55,162 bases of DNA from an uncultured Clostridia bacterium (GCA_944391755.1 CALXUT010000049.1:1-55162), one strand, 5' to 3'; positions 21,614 to 32,345 are shown, numbered from the stretch's first letter. Translations and numbers: made by a program. The notes: generated by a model not told the origin, from the sequence alone.

Positions 21614-22261
21614 TTACATTTTTCTAAATACCCCAGCAACTTTTCCAAGAATTTGACAGTCTGGTACAATGATTGGATCCATTGTATGGTTTTCTGGTTG
21701 TAATCGGATATGGTCTTTTTCTTTATAAAATGTTTTTACAGTTGCTTCATCTCCTATTAATGCTACGACTATTTCACCATTTCTAGCATCATTTTGTCTT
21801 TTTACAAGGATATAATCACCATCTAATATTCCTGCTTCTATCATACTTTCTCCTCTTACAGTAAGCATGAAACTTTCACTATTTCCAACAAAATATACTG
21901 GTATTGGAAATGTATCTGTTACATTTTCAACTGCTAATATTGGTTGACCAGCTGTTATTTTTCCTATGATTGGAACATCTACTAATTCTTTTTGTGTATA
22001 AAATTCTTTGCTTGCTTTTTCAAAAGGTTTATTATCCGTGCCTTTTATTACTTTTAAAGTTCTTCCTTTTTTGTCCTCTTTTTTGATAAATCCTTGTTTT
22101 TCTAGTTTTTCTAAATATGCATGCACTGTTGCAGTTGAACTTAATCCTACTGCTTTTCCTATTTCTCTTACTGATGGTGGATATCCATTTGCTATTACTT
22201 GATTCTCTATGAATTTTAATATTGCCTTTTCTTTTCTTGTTGTTTCAGCTCTAGTTCCCAT
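21614..22261 (-). CDS. lexA: LexA repressor
   Basis: [10 protein letters not shown] wHTH, TAG cleavage site, GESM and TVK catalytic dyad. Confidence 0.96.
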   Translation of the reverse strand: MGTRAETTRKEKAILKFIENQVIANGYPPSVREIGKAVGLSSTATVHAYLEKLEKQGFIKKEDKKGRTLKVIKGTDNKPFEKASKEFYTQKELVDVPIIGKITAGQPILAVENVTDTFPIPVYFVGNSESFMLTVRGESMIEAGILDGDYILVKRQNDARNGEIVVALIGDEATVKTFYKEKDHIRLQPENHTMDPIIVPDCQILGKVAGVFRKM

Positions 22262-22346
22262 TTATATCACTCCTCATTTTTACTTTAATCAAATAATATC
22301 ATAAATAAAAAAAAATGTCAAACAAATTTTTGACATTTTTAAATTT

Positions 22347-22823
22347 TTATTTTTTTATTGATTTTATTGTATATTTAATGATTCCTGCTGGAGCTTCTAC
22401 TTCTATTGTTGCACCTTTTTTTGCTCCTAGTAAAGCTTTCCCTATTGGAGATTCATTAGATATTCTGTTTTGTGTTAAGTCAACTTCTGTTGATCCTACT
22501 ATTGTATATTCTACATCTTCATCAAATTCTATATCATGCAATGTTACTGTATTTCCTATCTGTACAGTCTTTGTATCAATATCTTTTTCATCTATTATTT
22601 TCGCATATCTTACTTTATTTTCTAATTCTGCAATTTTTGCTTCATTTTCTGCCTGTGCATTTTTTGCTTCATCATATTCAGAATTTTCTGATAAATCTCC
22701 AAATCCAAGTGCTATTTTTATTCTTTCAGCTATCTCAGCTCTTTTTTCAGTTCTCAAAAATTCTAATTCTTTTTCGATTCTGTCATAACCTTCTTGGGTT
22801 AAAATTACTTCTTTTTCATCCAT
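22347..22823 (-). CDS. greA: Transcription elongation factor GreA (start reassigned to 22823)
   Basis: [22 protein letters not shown]; SD GGAGG. Confidence 0.95.
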   Translation of the reverse strand: MDEKEVILTQEGYDRIEKELEFLRTEKRAEIAERIKIALGFGDLSENSEYDEAKNAQAENEAKIAELENKVRYAKIIDEKDIDTKTVQIGNTVTLHDIEFDEDVEYTIVGSTEVDLTQNRISNESPIGKALLGAKKGATIEVEAPAGIIKYTIKSIKK

Positions 22824-22987
22824 AATCATTGCCTCCTTTAATGTTGTTGACATTACTTTTAAATGTCTCCATAATAGCATAAAGAGCGACTTTAAGTCGC
22901 TTTCTTTATGAAATTTTATTAGTGATTAATGCATTTAATATATTACGCTACTTTTTATATTTTGTCAAGTAGTTTTACTAAGTTTTT

Positions 22988-23587
22988 TTAATCTTTTAAT
23001 AATTCTTTTCCATTTTTCAAATAATCAATTCCTGAGAATATGGTTGCTACTACAGAAATTAGTAGTAAAATTGTAGCAATTACATTTAATACAAATTCTA
23101 CTCCTGTTAATGTTCCTTTAAAACATTCTGCAAATGGATTTGAATCAAATATAACCAATATGATTGCTAGCATTTGCGTTGCTGTTTTCAATTTTCCCCA
23201 TATTGATGCTGCAATTACTTTTCCTCCTTTTTCTACAGCAATTAATCTATATCCAGATACAATAAATTCTCTTGCTAATACAATAACTGGTATCCAGGCT
23301 GGAATTTTTCCTAATTCTACTAATAATATCATAGCAGCCAATACTAAAATTTTATCTGCCAATGGATCTAAGAATTTTCCAAAAGTTGTTACTTGATTTC
23401 TTGAACGAGCAATATATCCATCTAATTTATCCGTTATGGAAGCTACAATAAAGATTAATTCCATCCAAAAATAAGTATATGGTAAACTGAAAAAGTCTCC
23501 TTGCAAATTTAAATATGGTATTATAACCATTAGTGGTACTAATATGATTCTAAATATTGTTAATTTATTTGCCAAATTTAATTTCAT
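22988..23587 (-). CDS. pgsA: CDP-diacylglycerol--glycerol-3-phosphate 3-phosphatidyltransferase
   Basis: DKLDGYIAR...GKFLDPLADK. Confidence 0.94.
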   Translation of the reverse strand: MKLNLANKLTIFRIILVPLMVIIPYLNLQGDFFSLPYTYFWMELIFIVASITDKLDGYIARSRNQVTTFGKFLDPLADKILVLAAMILLVELGKIPAWIPVIVLAREFIVSGYRLIAVEKGGKVIAASIWGKLKTATQMLAIILVIFDSNPFAECFKGTLTGVEFVLNVIATILLLISVVATIFSGIDYLKNGKELLKD

Positions 23588-23602
23588 AATTGTTTTACCT
23601 TT

Positions 23603-24826
23603 CTATTTTAATAATTCCATTGCTTTTTGAAGTTGTGTATCTTCTTCTCTACTTACTGACAAAGGATTTGTAACTGTTTCCGGTAATTCTACTTTTTCAT
23701 CAGGTTCAATACCTACTCCGTCAATTTTATTTCTATTTGGTGTATAATATTCTTCTACTGTTATTTTTAAGCCACTTCCATTGCTAAGTGATAATACCTG
23801 TTGGATAACACCTTTTCCATATGTAGTTGTTCCTACTAATGTTGCTTCGTCTAAATCTTTTAATGCTCCTGCTAAAATTTCTGAAGCACTTGCTGAATTT
23901 TCATTTACAAGTACCACTATTGGCATATCAATTAATACATCTTCTTCAGCTTTTTCAATTACTTCATTATTATTTTTATCTACTGTAATCAATAATTCTT
24001 TTCCTTTTGGAACTATATAGTCAGCTATTTGTAACGCTTCATCTACTAGTCCTCCTCCATTATTTCTTAAATCAATAATTAATGAAGTGATTCCTTGTTC
24101 TTTTAGCGTTTCATATTTTGTTTTAAATTCCTCTGCAGTTCCTTCATCAAAACTTGATATTTCTAAATACCCTATATCGTTTTCTAATGTTTCTGCAATT
24201 ACTGGATTTGTATTTATTTTACTCCTTGTTATTTCAAGGTCTAATGTTTCTGTTCCTCGTAAAATAGTTAATTTTACTTTTGTTCCTTCTTCTCCTTTAA
24301 TATTGTTAGATGCAGTTGTCATTTCTTCTCCAGAATATTCTATTCCATCTACTGCTACTATAATATCTCCTGGGAGAATTCCAGCAGCTTCTGCTGGACT
24401 TTCTTTAATTGGTGTTAAAACTTCTATAACATTTTTTTCTACATTTTGAACCATGTATATTCCAATTCCTACATAGTTTCCCATTATATCTTGTGTATAT
24501 TCTTCCATTTCTGATGCGGGTATGTATTCTGTATATGGATCGCCTAATGCTGATACATAACCATCAATTGCACCATCTATTACAGCCTGTTCGTCTATTT
24601 CCTTCAAATAGTATTTTTCAATTAAACTTTCTATTCCTTTCACTGAAGCAATTAAATTATCTGTTCCTCCTGAATTGCCTCCTATTAATGAAGATAACGA
24701 ATTCTTTCCTAAATTATATTTATTTACTATAAAAGCTGTTGTTAATATGCATGTTATAAATGCTGTTAATGCAACTAACATGATTGATTTATAAATTCTT
24801 TGTCTTTTTAAATACTTTTCTTCCAT
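23603..24826 (-). CDS. S41 carboxyl-terminal processing protease with PDZ domain
   Basis: GIGI PDZ, DLRNNGGG, SASASE, TYGKG. Confidence 0.92.
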   Translation of the reverse strand: MEEKYLKRQRIYKSIMLVALTAFITCILTTAFIVNKYNLGKNSLSSLIGGNSGGTDNLIASVKGIESLIEKYYLKEIDEQAVIDGAIDGYVSALGDPYTEYIPASEMEEYTQDIMGNYVGIGIYMVQNVEKNVIEVLTPIKESPAEAAGILPGDIIVAVDGIEYSGEEMTTASNNIKGEEGTKVKLTILRGTETLDLEITRSKINTNPVIAETLENDIGYLEISSFDEGTAEEFKTKYETLKEQGITSLIIDLRNNGGGLVDEALQIADYIVPKGKELLITVDKNNNEVIEKAEEDVLIDMPIVVLVNENSASASEILAGALKDLDEATLVGTTTYGKGVIQQVLSLSNGSGLKITVEEYYTPNRNKIDGVGIEPDEKVELPETVTNPLSVSREEDTQLQKAMELLK

Positions 24827-24872
24827 TTGTCTTGCCTTTCACTTATATATTTATGTTATATTTATAATTTTA

Positions 24873-26075
24873 TTATAAATAATTTTCTGGATTCACTCTT
24901 GAATCATCTCCATAAGCTTTAGCTTTATAACTATAACTATATGGTGACTTTCTTACTTCGAAATGTAAATGTGGTCCTTCTGAATTACCTGTATTACCAC
25001 TTAACATTATCTTTTCACCCTGCGATACTTTTTGACCTGGTTTTACTGTAATTGAACCATATGTTCCGTGGCAATAATATGTTTGTAGTCCGTTTGCATG
25101 TCTTATTACTACATATGTACCATAACTGGTTGATAAATTAGCCGTTGACATAACAACTCCATCTGCAGCAGCTACAACTGTTGTTCCTGTAGATACTGCA
25201 TAGTCGATTGCTCCATGGAATTTTCCACTTGAATAATATGCTCTTGCTGATATATATCCTCCTGATACTGGTCTAATAAAATAACCTGAACCAGCACTCG
25301 TATCTCCATTTTCTTCTAAGTCCTTTATTTGGTCAGCATATTTTCTTTCAGCTTCTTCTATTGCATTTTGAATTCTTTTATTATCTGCTTCTAACTCTTC
25401 AATTTCTTTTTGCAATTCTTTTTCTTCTGCTGTCAACTGTGTTACATAGTTTTCTTTTTCTCTTTTTAAACTAGTTAATGTTAGACTCTTTTGTTCTGAT
25501 TGTGCTAATGCCGTATCCAAATCTTTCTTATTATTTTCTAACTCCACTTTTTCATTTTCTATCTGTTGTTTTTGTTCTTGTGTTACTTTTATTAATTCTT
25601 TATCATATTCTATTAATTCAGAAGCAGAGTAATATTTTGACAAAAAGTCTGTAAAACTTGAAGATGTCAATAATATATCTAAATAAGACATATCCCCACT
25701 TTTATATATGGCAACAAGTCTTGCTTCTAATAATTTTTGTTGTTCATTATATTCTATTTGCTTTTGTTCTATGTCTCTTTCTTTGGTTTTTATTTGTGCT
25801 TGTAAATCTGTAATTTTTGTTTGCAATAATTCAATTTCTGATTCAGCCTCAGATATTTGCGTTATCAAACTTTCTACGGCTTTCATTGTTTCAGATTTTT
25901 CAGCTTCTAATTGTTCTTGTTTCTTTTTTGCTTCTTCAATTTCTTCATTGTTTTTTGATTTTTCGTTTTCTAATTCTCGTGTTTCTTCAATCGCAAAAAC
26001 AGTATAGCTTAAACTATGTGTAATTAAGACTAATGATATTACAATTCCTAATATTTTAGCTAAAGTTTTTTTCAT
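24873..26075 (-). CDS. Coiled-coil M23 peptidase (EnvC-like murein hydrolase)
   Basis: Signal peptide, long coiled coil, HGAID and GPHLHFE. Confidence 0.9.
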   Translation of the reverse strand: MKKTLAKILGIVISLVLITHSLSYTVFAIEETRELENEKSKNNEEIEEAKKKQEQLEAEKSETMKAVESLITQISEAESEIELLQTKITDLQAQIKTKERDIEQKQIEYNEQQKLLEARLVAIYKSGDMSYLDILLTSSSFTDFLSKYYSASELIEYDKELIKVTQEQKQQIENEKVELENNKKDLDTALAQSEQKSLTLTSLKREKENYVTQLTAEEKELQKEIEELEADNKRIQNAIEEAERKYADQIKDLEENGDTSAGSGYFIRPVSGGYISARAYYSSGKFHGAIDYAVSTGTTVVAAADGVVMSTANLSTSYGTYVVIRHANGLQTYYCHGTYGSITVKPGQKVSQGEKIMLSGNTGNSEGPHLHFEVRKSPYSYSYKAKAYGDDSRVNPENYL

Positions 26076-26107
26076 ATTTTTTCTTCCTTTCAAAAATATA
26101 TTTCCCC

Positions 26108-27310
26108 TTACTCATTTGTGTTAGTGTTTGTTTCTGTTTCATTGCTATTTTCTTCTTGAATATCTTCATCATCTAAATTTAGTAAAAAATTTAATGGATT
26201 TACCGTTTGACCATTTATCCTAATTTCAAAGTGTGCATGTGGTCCTGTTGAATAACCTGTTGAACCAACTTTCAATACTTCTGTCCCTGCTTCTACAGTT
26301 TGACCTAGTTGTACTAAAATTTGATCTCCATGTGCATATAGCGTTTGTACGCCACCTCCATGGTCAATGATAACCATATTTCCATATGCCGCATTATAAG
26401 TTGCTTTTGATACAATTCCATTTGCTGCAGCAATAAAGCTTGTTCCTAATGGTGCACTTATGTCGATTCCTGTATGTAGTTTATATGCTCCTGTTATAGG
26501 ATGTACTCTCATTCCATATGTTGATGTTAATCTTGTATATCCTGGAACAGGCCATAGCATAGCTCCTCCAATATAATCAGAGCTTATACTATTTAAAGCC
26601 AACATTTTTATTTCTGCTTCTATTTCTGCCACTTCTGCATTATACTGGTCTATTTTTGTTTGTAGTTCTTGTTCTTCTACTGTTAATTGACTTAAATAAT
26701 ATTCTCTCATAGTCTTTGTATTTGATAATACTTGCGTCTTCTTTTGTTGTGTCTGCCTACTTGCTATAACCTGTTGTTTTTTTTCTTGTAATATTTTTTT
26801 AGTTGTTTCTATTTCATTTTTTTGATTCTTAACTGTATTTAATAATTCCCTATCATAGTTTATTAAGTCTTTCATTGCATAGTAATTTGAAAGAAATTCT
26901 GTGATACTCTTTGAAGTTAATAACACATCTAAAGTCTGTAATTTAGGTGCTTTATACATTTCTATTAATCTTGTTTCTAACAAATCTTGTAAACTATCAT
27001 ATTCTTTTTGTACATTTTCCAATTTTGTTTCATTTTCTTCTATTTGTGATATTAAATCATCTATTTCTATATTTATGTTATCTAATTCTGTTTGTGATTC
27101 TGCAATCTGCGTATCTAGTTCCTCCAGTTGTTTCATACTATCAGAAATTTGGTCCTGAACTGCTTTCAATCTATTATTTGATTCATTTAATTCCTCGGTT
27201 AGTTCATTTGATTGATTTTGTAAATCTGTAATGTCTTCAGCATATACGCAAATACATAGACCTGTTAACATTACAATTATTAAAGACAGCGTAACTACCC
27301 ATTTGCGCAT
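26108..27310 (-). CDS. Coiled-coil M23 peptidase (paralog)
   Basis: HTGID, GPHAHFE; follows ftsEX. Confidence 0.9.
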   Translation of the reverse strand: MRKWVVTLSLIIVMLTGLCICVYAEDITDLQNQSNELTEELNESNNRLKAVQDQISDSMKQLEELDTQIAESQTELDNINIEIDDLISQIEENETKLENVQKEYDSLQDLLETRLIEMYKAPKLQTLDVLLTSKSITEFLSNYYAMKDLINYDRELLNTVKNQKNEIETTKKILQEKKQQVIASRQTQQKKTQVLSNTKTMREYYLSQLTVEEQELQTKIDQYNAEVAEIEAEIKMLALNSISSDYIGGAMLWPVPGYTRLTSTYGMRVHPITGAYKLHTGIDISAPLGTSFIAAANGIVSKATYNAAYGNMVIIDHGGGVQTLYAHGDQILVQLGQTVEAGTEVLKVGSTGYSTGPHAHFEIRINGQTVNPLNFLLNLDDEDIQEENSNETETNTNTNE

Positions 27311-27338
27311 ACTTGTATACCTAGCCTTTCTTTTTTCG

Positions 27339-28244
27339 TTATACTTCTAAGTACTTCTTCATTGAAATACTACTTCCAACTATTCCTATACCAATTCCTA
27401 ATCCCAAATAAACTGTTAATATTAAATTGAACATACTCTTAAATTCTAGTAAATTCCAACTTATCATCTCCATAAAGTCTGAGCCAGACATCTTATTTGC
27501 TATATAGGTATATGCTAATCCTATTATAGCTACTGATATTAATCCTGAAATAATTCCTATTATGATACCTTCTACTAAGAATGGCCATCTTATAAAACTA
27601 TTTGTAGCTCCTACATATTTCATGATAGATATTTCTTTTCTTCTTGCATGTACTGTTAATTTTATTGTATTCGATATAATTGCTATTGATATTACAACTA
27701 ATAAAACAAGTATTGCTGCTGTTACAATCCTTACACCTTTTGCTAACCTAATGACTTGTGCAATTGTTTGGTTACTTGATCTTATATCTTCTACATTTTC
27801 AATTTGCCATATTTGTTCTTGAACTTCTTCGTTTAATTCCAAGTCTGTTAATGTTACATTATAAGATGCAGGAAATATATTATTTTCTTCATAGCCAGCT
27901 ACTGCCTCTTCTCCCAACCATTCTCTCATTGAATCATAAGCATCATCTTTTGATACATATTCTACATTTCTTACTCCATTTATGCTTAATATTTCATTTC
28001 CAACTTGTTCTACTTGTTCATCAGTTGCTGTATTTACTATAAAAACTCTTATCTCTTGTGCATCTGCTACATTGTCTACAAAAGCGTTTACATTTTCTCC
28101 AATGACAAAAAATAACCCAAAAACTAACATTGTAGCACACATTATCATTAATGATGATATTGTTGATTTTTTGTTTTTGAAGATATTGCTTAATCCTTCT
28201 CCAATTAAATAACTTATTACATTAAATCTCACAATCATACCCAC
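27339..28244 (-). CDS. ftsX: Cell division permease FtsX
   Basis: ISNTIKLTVHARRKEISIMKYVGAT, PFLVEG; exact start uncertain by a few codons. Confidence 0.93.
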   Translation of the reverse strand: MGMIVRFNVISYLIGEGLSNIFKNKKSTISSLMIMCATMLVFGLFFVIGENVNAFVDNVADAQEIRVFIVNTATDEQVEQVGNEILSINGVRNVEYVSKDDAYDSMREWLGEEAVAGYEENNIFPASYNVTLTDLELNEEVQEQIWQIENVEDIRSSNQTIAQVIRLAKGVRIVTAAILVLLVVISIAIISNTIKLTVHARRKEISIMKYVGATNSFIRWPFLVEGIIIGIISGLISVAIIGLAYTYIANKMSGSDFMEMISWNLLEFKSMFNLILTVYLGLGIGIGIVGSSISMKKYLEV

Positions 28245-28908
28245 CTTTTTTATCGTCTTTTACAATTACGCCTTTATCAATGTGTATTACTCTTTTTTTC
28301 ATTTGATCTACAATTTCTTTGGCGTGCGTAGCCACTACTACTGTTGTTCCTCTCATGTTTATCTCATTTAACAAGCTCATTATGTCCCAAGCAGTTTCTG
28401 GATCCAAGTTTCCAGTAGGCTCGTCTGCAATTATCATTGCTGGATTATTCACTAATGCTCTTGCTAATGCTACTCTTTGTTGTTCTCCTCCTGATAATTC
28501 ATTTGGATACATCTTAGCTTTTCCGCTTAATCCTACAAGTGATAATACCATTGGAACTTGTCTTCTTATATGTCTCGGAGTTGCTTTTACTATATACATT
28601 GCAAATGCAACATTTTCATATACAGTTTTATCTGGCAATAATCTAAAGTCTTGGAATACAATTCCCATGCTCCTACGCAAAAAAGGAACTCTGTTTTGTT
28701 TTAAAAATGTAGTGTCTTTTCCGTTTATTATGATATTTCCTGAAGTTGGCTCTTCTTCTTTTAATATTAGTTTTATTAATGTTGATTTTCCACTTCCTGA
28801 AGTTCCAACTAAAAAAGCAAATTCACCTTTTTCTATTCTAAAACTAGCATTTTTCACAGCCATCGTACCTGTATCATACCTTTTACTTACATTCTTAAAT
28901 TCTATCAT
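28222..28908 (-). CDS. ftsE: Cell division ATP-binding protein FtsE
   Basis: GTSGSGKST, VFQDFRLL, LSGGEQQ, DEPTGNLD. Confidence 0.95.
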   Translation of the reverse strand: MIEFKNVSKRYDTGTMAVKNASFRIEKGEFAFLVGTSGSGKSTLIKLILKEEEPTSGNIIINGKDTTFLKQNRVPFLRRSMGIVFQDFRLLPDKTVYENVAFAMYIVKATPRHIRRQVPMVLSLVGLSGKAKMYPNELSGGEQQRVALARALVNNPAMIIADEPTGNLDPETAWDIMSLLNEINMRGTTVVVATHAKEIVDQMKKRVIHIDKGVIVKDDKKGGYDCEI

Positions 28909-29133
28909 TTTTGTTTTTCCTCTCTTAAGTTTTTATCTTTTTATGTATAAATTTATTCATTAAATCATTCTCTTTTATCATATCAATAATGTTGTTTTTT
29001 TGCAATACTTATAGAAGAATTTTTTTATAGAAAAATGTCATTTATTTTCGTTTTATATCGATTATCTTTATTTTTCTTTGTTTTTCTTTTTTTAAATTTC
29101 AAATTCAACTTTTTTATAATAACTTTTAAAGTC

Positions 29134-29164
29134 AAAAAAAGTTACTATTTCTAGTAACTTTTTT
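29134..29164. terminator. Intrinsic terminator
   Basis: AAAAAGTTACTA-TTTC-TAGTAACTTTTT. Confidence 0.65.
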
Positions 29165-29642
29165 AATGACTATTAATAAAGTCTTCTACAATTTTTATAA
29201 TATTTCCCGTATTTTGTACATATTCTTTAGGTTTAAAATTCTTTACTTTTTTCAATGCCTCTCCTAGTTCTTCTACACTATGTATTCCAAGAATATATCC
29301 TAATTCATTAAATGAATTTATTATATCTAATTGATGATCATTAACATGTTCTTTGTACTTTTTTAGTCTAGGAACTGCTATAACTTTTTTTCTTTTTGTT
29401 ATTGATGTAATGATTGACCCAACACCACCATGTGTAATAACAACATCTGCTTTATCAATTAATTTTTTTATCTCATCTGTTGGTATTTTATCATATAATG
29501 TCATGTCCTTTGATTCAAATTTCGTATAACCCTTTTGTGCTACAACTTCTTCTTGTATAGTTCCATTATCAATATTTTTTTGTACTTCTTCTAATAGTCT
29601 ATGAAAACTATTGTTTTGTGTTCCTAATAATACTAATATCAT
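29163..29642 (-). CDS. PssE/Cps14G-like glycosyltransferase (GT28 C-terminal, Alg13-like)
   Basis: MILVLLGTQ, ITHGGVGS, VPR..EHVNDHQ; TAATG coupling to upstream gene. Confidence 0.88.
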   Translation of the reverse strand: MILVLLGTQNNSFHRLLEEVQKNIDNGTIQEEVVAQKGYTKFESKDMTLYDKIPTDEIKKLIDKADVVITHGGVGSIITSITKRKKVIAVPRLKKYKEHVNDHQLDIINSFNELGYILGIHSVEELGEALKKVKNFKPKEYVQNTGNIIKIVEDFINSH

Positions 29643-30118
29643 TAATAAATTGCACCTCCATAAACTGCTTTTGGATATAGCTTTAGCATCTCTTCCCATT
29701 GCACAATAAATAAATCAGCAATTGGATATATTAGTTTTCCAGTTACAGATTTTCTTGTTCTGTTTGCAAATGTTTCTATATAAATAATTTTACTTCCAAA
29801 CATTTTTCCTAAATAGCACATAGGTCCTGCAGTATGTGTTCCAGTTGTAACAATGTATCTTGGTCTAATTTTAAAATATAAATATATTGTTTTGAAACAT
29901 AAATATGTATATATAAATATATATCGTAATAGTTGTTGTCTTGTTCCATATGGTAAATAGGATATTTTATCTCCATATTTTTCTCTTAATTTTTTGGTTG
30001 AATCGTCTTTTTCTGTTATAATATGGTAATCATATTTATCAAATAAAGGACTTAATTGCTGCAATTCATTTAAATGCCCTCCTGTGCTTGATATAAACAG
30101 TACTTTTTTCTTTTTCAT
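29642..30118 (-). CDS. PssD/Cps14F-like (Alg14-like) glycosyltransferase subunit
   Basis: SSTGGHL, YIETFA, FIVQW. Confidence 0.88.
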   Translation of the reverse strand: MKKKKVLFISSTGGHLNELQQLSPLFDKYDYHIITEKDDSTKKLREKYGDKISYLPYGTRQQLLRYIFIYTYLCFKTIYLYFKIRPRYIVTTGTHTAGPMCYLGKMFGSKIIYIETFANRTRKSVTGKLIYPIADLFIVQWEEMLKLYPKAVYGGAIY

Positions 30119-30134
30119 TTTCAGTATTTCCTTT

Positions 30135-31062
30135 CTATTTTATCTTTTCAATATCCTCTTTTTTTAATCCTGTTATGTATTCTATTTGCTCAATAGGAAA
30201 CTTTAAATTAAGTAATTTTTTTGCAACTTTTCTTTTTTCTTGTTTTAGTCCTTCTTCTGTTCCTTGCTTTAACCCTTCTTCTTTCCCTTGTTTCAATCCT
30301 TCTTCTTTTCCTTGTTTTAATCCCTCTTCTGTCCCTTTTTTTCTTGCAGTTGAAAGAGCAGCTTGTTCTTCTAATTTTGACATTAATCTTATCTCAGCAA
30401 TTCTTTTAATTTCATTATCTCCAGTTAAGACTTCGTATTCTCCATAAGCTTCTTTTATTAATTTACTATTTTCCTTTGCCATTTCTAACAAATCCTCTCT
30501 TTCCATATCAATAAAAGCCAACCATTGATTAATTGATTCTTTCATGTCTGGATTGTGGTCTCTAAATTTCTTTAATTCAATATAAAAATATGTCACTATA
30601 TTATTTAATTCACATTCTCGATATTTCGTATCAACTCTTATTGTTTTTGTTAAATATTCTGGTAATTCTGTTAAATTGTAATCTAAAATTGCAATAATGA
30701 TTACTTTCTTTATATTTTCATACTTTTCATTTGGTCCTAACTGTTCCGAAATTTTCTTACTTGCATAAAATGTTGTTCTTTCTTCTATATTGTTATAATT
30801 TCTTAATTGCATCTCTATATTGATGATTTCTCCACTCTCTAATTCTACATCTAAATCTAATATTCCATATTTAGATTCTTTTGCTAATTGTTCTAATTGT
30901 GAATCATGAATCACCTTTTTTTATTTTTGTTTCTTTTCCTAATATTGCACTTAGGAAGTCCTTTAAAAATTTTTCACTGCCTTTTTTACTGAAGAATGCC
31001 TTAAACATAATGTCATCCTTCATTACTAATCTTTCTTGATTTACTAATTGTCTTGTTATCAT
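30135..31062 (-). pseudogene. Rpn-family PD-(D/E)XK nuclease, +1 frameshift in A7 run (30916-30922)
   Basis: AAGGAGG-ATG at 31062 gives MITRQ..DDIMFKAFF..FLKDFLSAIL. Removing one A joins it to ORF 30135..30914 (LDL..INIEMQ, IELKK, W..F, GxEEGLKQ repeats). Confidence 0.85.
30240..30335. repeat. 24-bp imperfect tandem repeat x4 (G[TK]EEGLKQ)
   Basis: Visible in the Rpn C-terminus. Confidence 0.85.
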
Positions 31063-31129
31063 ATTTCCTCCTTATTATAATTGATTTATTAATTTTTAGC
31101 AATAGTTTTTATATTGTTTCTTCTTTTGA

Positions 31130-31340
31130 GCATGTTAAAAAAACATGATTCATTTCTGATTAATAATAATACATTCTTTGACATCACTTCCTAACTATTA
31201 TTTTTTGTTTCTTGCATATTAGAAAAAATCTTTGAATCTAATATTTTGAATAAAAATTTTTGCGTCTATTCTAAGTTGTTTTGAAAATAATACTAAAAAA
31301 GTATGTAATTACTATATCACAATATTTTATAATTTGCAAG
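31130..31340 (-). promoter_or_regulatory. Promoter/leader module, copy 2 (homologous to 8380-8575)
   Basis: Conserved colinear blocks, ending in a TG-TATAGT -10-like element. Confidence 0.6.
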
Positions 31341-31451
31341 TAAAATTTAAGAAACTAAAACTTGACAAGTTTCCTATAAATTAAAAAATGAGATTAAAAA
31401 CATAAAAAGTTTTCAACCTCAACTCTGGTTTTTTTATATTTCCTTTTTATT

Positions 31452-32345
31452 TTATGCTCTTGGATGAGCTTTTTTATAAATATTTTTTAATGTTTCATCT
31501 TGAAATTGCATATAAATTTGTGTAGACAAAATATCTGAATGTCCTAACATTGTTTGGATTGACTTTAAATCTGCACCATTTTGTAATAAATGTGTTGCAA
31601 ATGAATGTCTTAGAACATGTGGTGTAATGTCTTTTTCAATATGTGCTTGTTCTTTATAATATTTTATAATTTTCCAAAACCCTTGTCTTGTTAACCTTTG
31701 ACCATTAACATTGACAAATAATGCTTTTTCATTTTCATCTTTTATCATTATATTTCTAGCATTTTCAATATAATCTTTTAATGCTTTTAGTGACATATTT
31801 CCTATTGGAACTGTTCTTTCTTTTTTTCCATTCTTACATGTTGCATATCCTTGTTCTAAATTAATGTCATCTAAATTTAAAGAAATAATTTCTGTTACTC
31901 TCATTCCTGTTGCATAAGCAAATTCTAGCATTGCTTTATCTCTTGTACCTTTTAAATCAACATTTTTAGGTTGTTCTAATAATAATGCAACTTCTTTTGA
32001 TGTTAATACATTGGGTACTCTTTTTTCAATTTTAGGTGATTGGATTCCTTCTGTAGGATCTTCTTCAACTTTTTTGTTTTTTGTTTCATATTGATAAAAT
32101 GATCTTATTGAAGCTATCCCCCTAGATATTGTTGATGGTTTTTTACCTATTTCTTGCATGTATTTTATGTATGTTTTTATATCTTCATGTGTAATTTTAC
32201 TATAGTCTTCTTTATGTTCTTCTATATATTTTTCAAATTGCTTTAAGTCTCTTTTATATGATTGAAGCGTATTGTTTGATACCTTCTTGTCATTCTCTAA
32301 AAATCCAAAAAATAAGTTTAATTGTTCTTCCATTTTTTCCCCCAC
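31452..32345 (-). CDS. xerD: Tyrosine recombinase XerD
   Basis: TGMRVTE, TPHVLRHSFATH, LGHSD..TQIY; conserved position after spoIIM. Confidence 0.88.
   Translation of the reverse strand: MGEKMEEQLNLFFGFLENDKKVSNNTLQSYKRDLKQFEKYIEEHKEDYSKITHEDIKTYIKYMQEIGKKPSTISRGIASIRSFYQYETKNKKVEEDPTEGIQSPKIEKRVPNVLTSKEVALLLEQPKNVDLKGTRDKAMLEFAYATGMRVTEIISLNLDDINLEQGYATCKNGKKERTVPIGNMSLKALKDYIENARNIMIKDENEKALFVNVNGQRLTRQGFWKIIKYYKEQAHIEKDITPHVLRHSFATHLLQNGADLKSIQTMLGHSDILSTQIYMQFQDETLKNIYKKAHPRA

Noticed and set aside
22311-22340. LexA autoregulatory box upstream of lexA
   Set aside because: The inverted repeat AAAAATGTCAAA..TTTGACATTTTT overlaps the -35 but fits a greA terminator equally well; no clear SOS consensus.
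30916-30922. Programmed -1 frameshift at A-AAA-AAG-like site in Rpn
   Set aside because: A -1 shift hits TGA at once; a +1 correction is what is needed.
31452-32345. Tyrosine recombinase as an integrase of a mobile island
   Set aside because: Size and EndoQ-spoIIM-xerD synteny indicate the housekeeping XerD.
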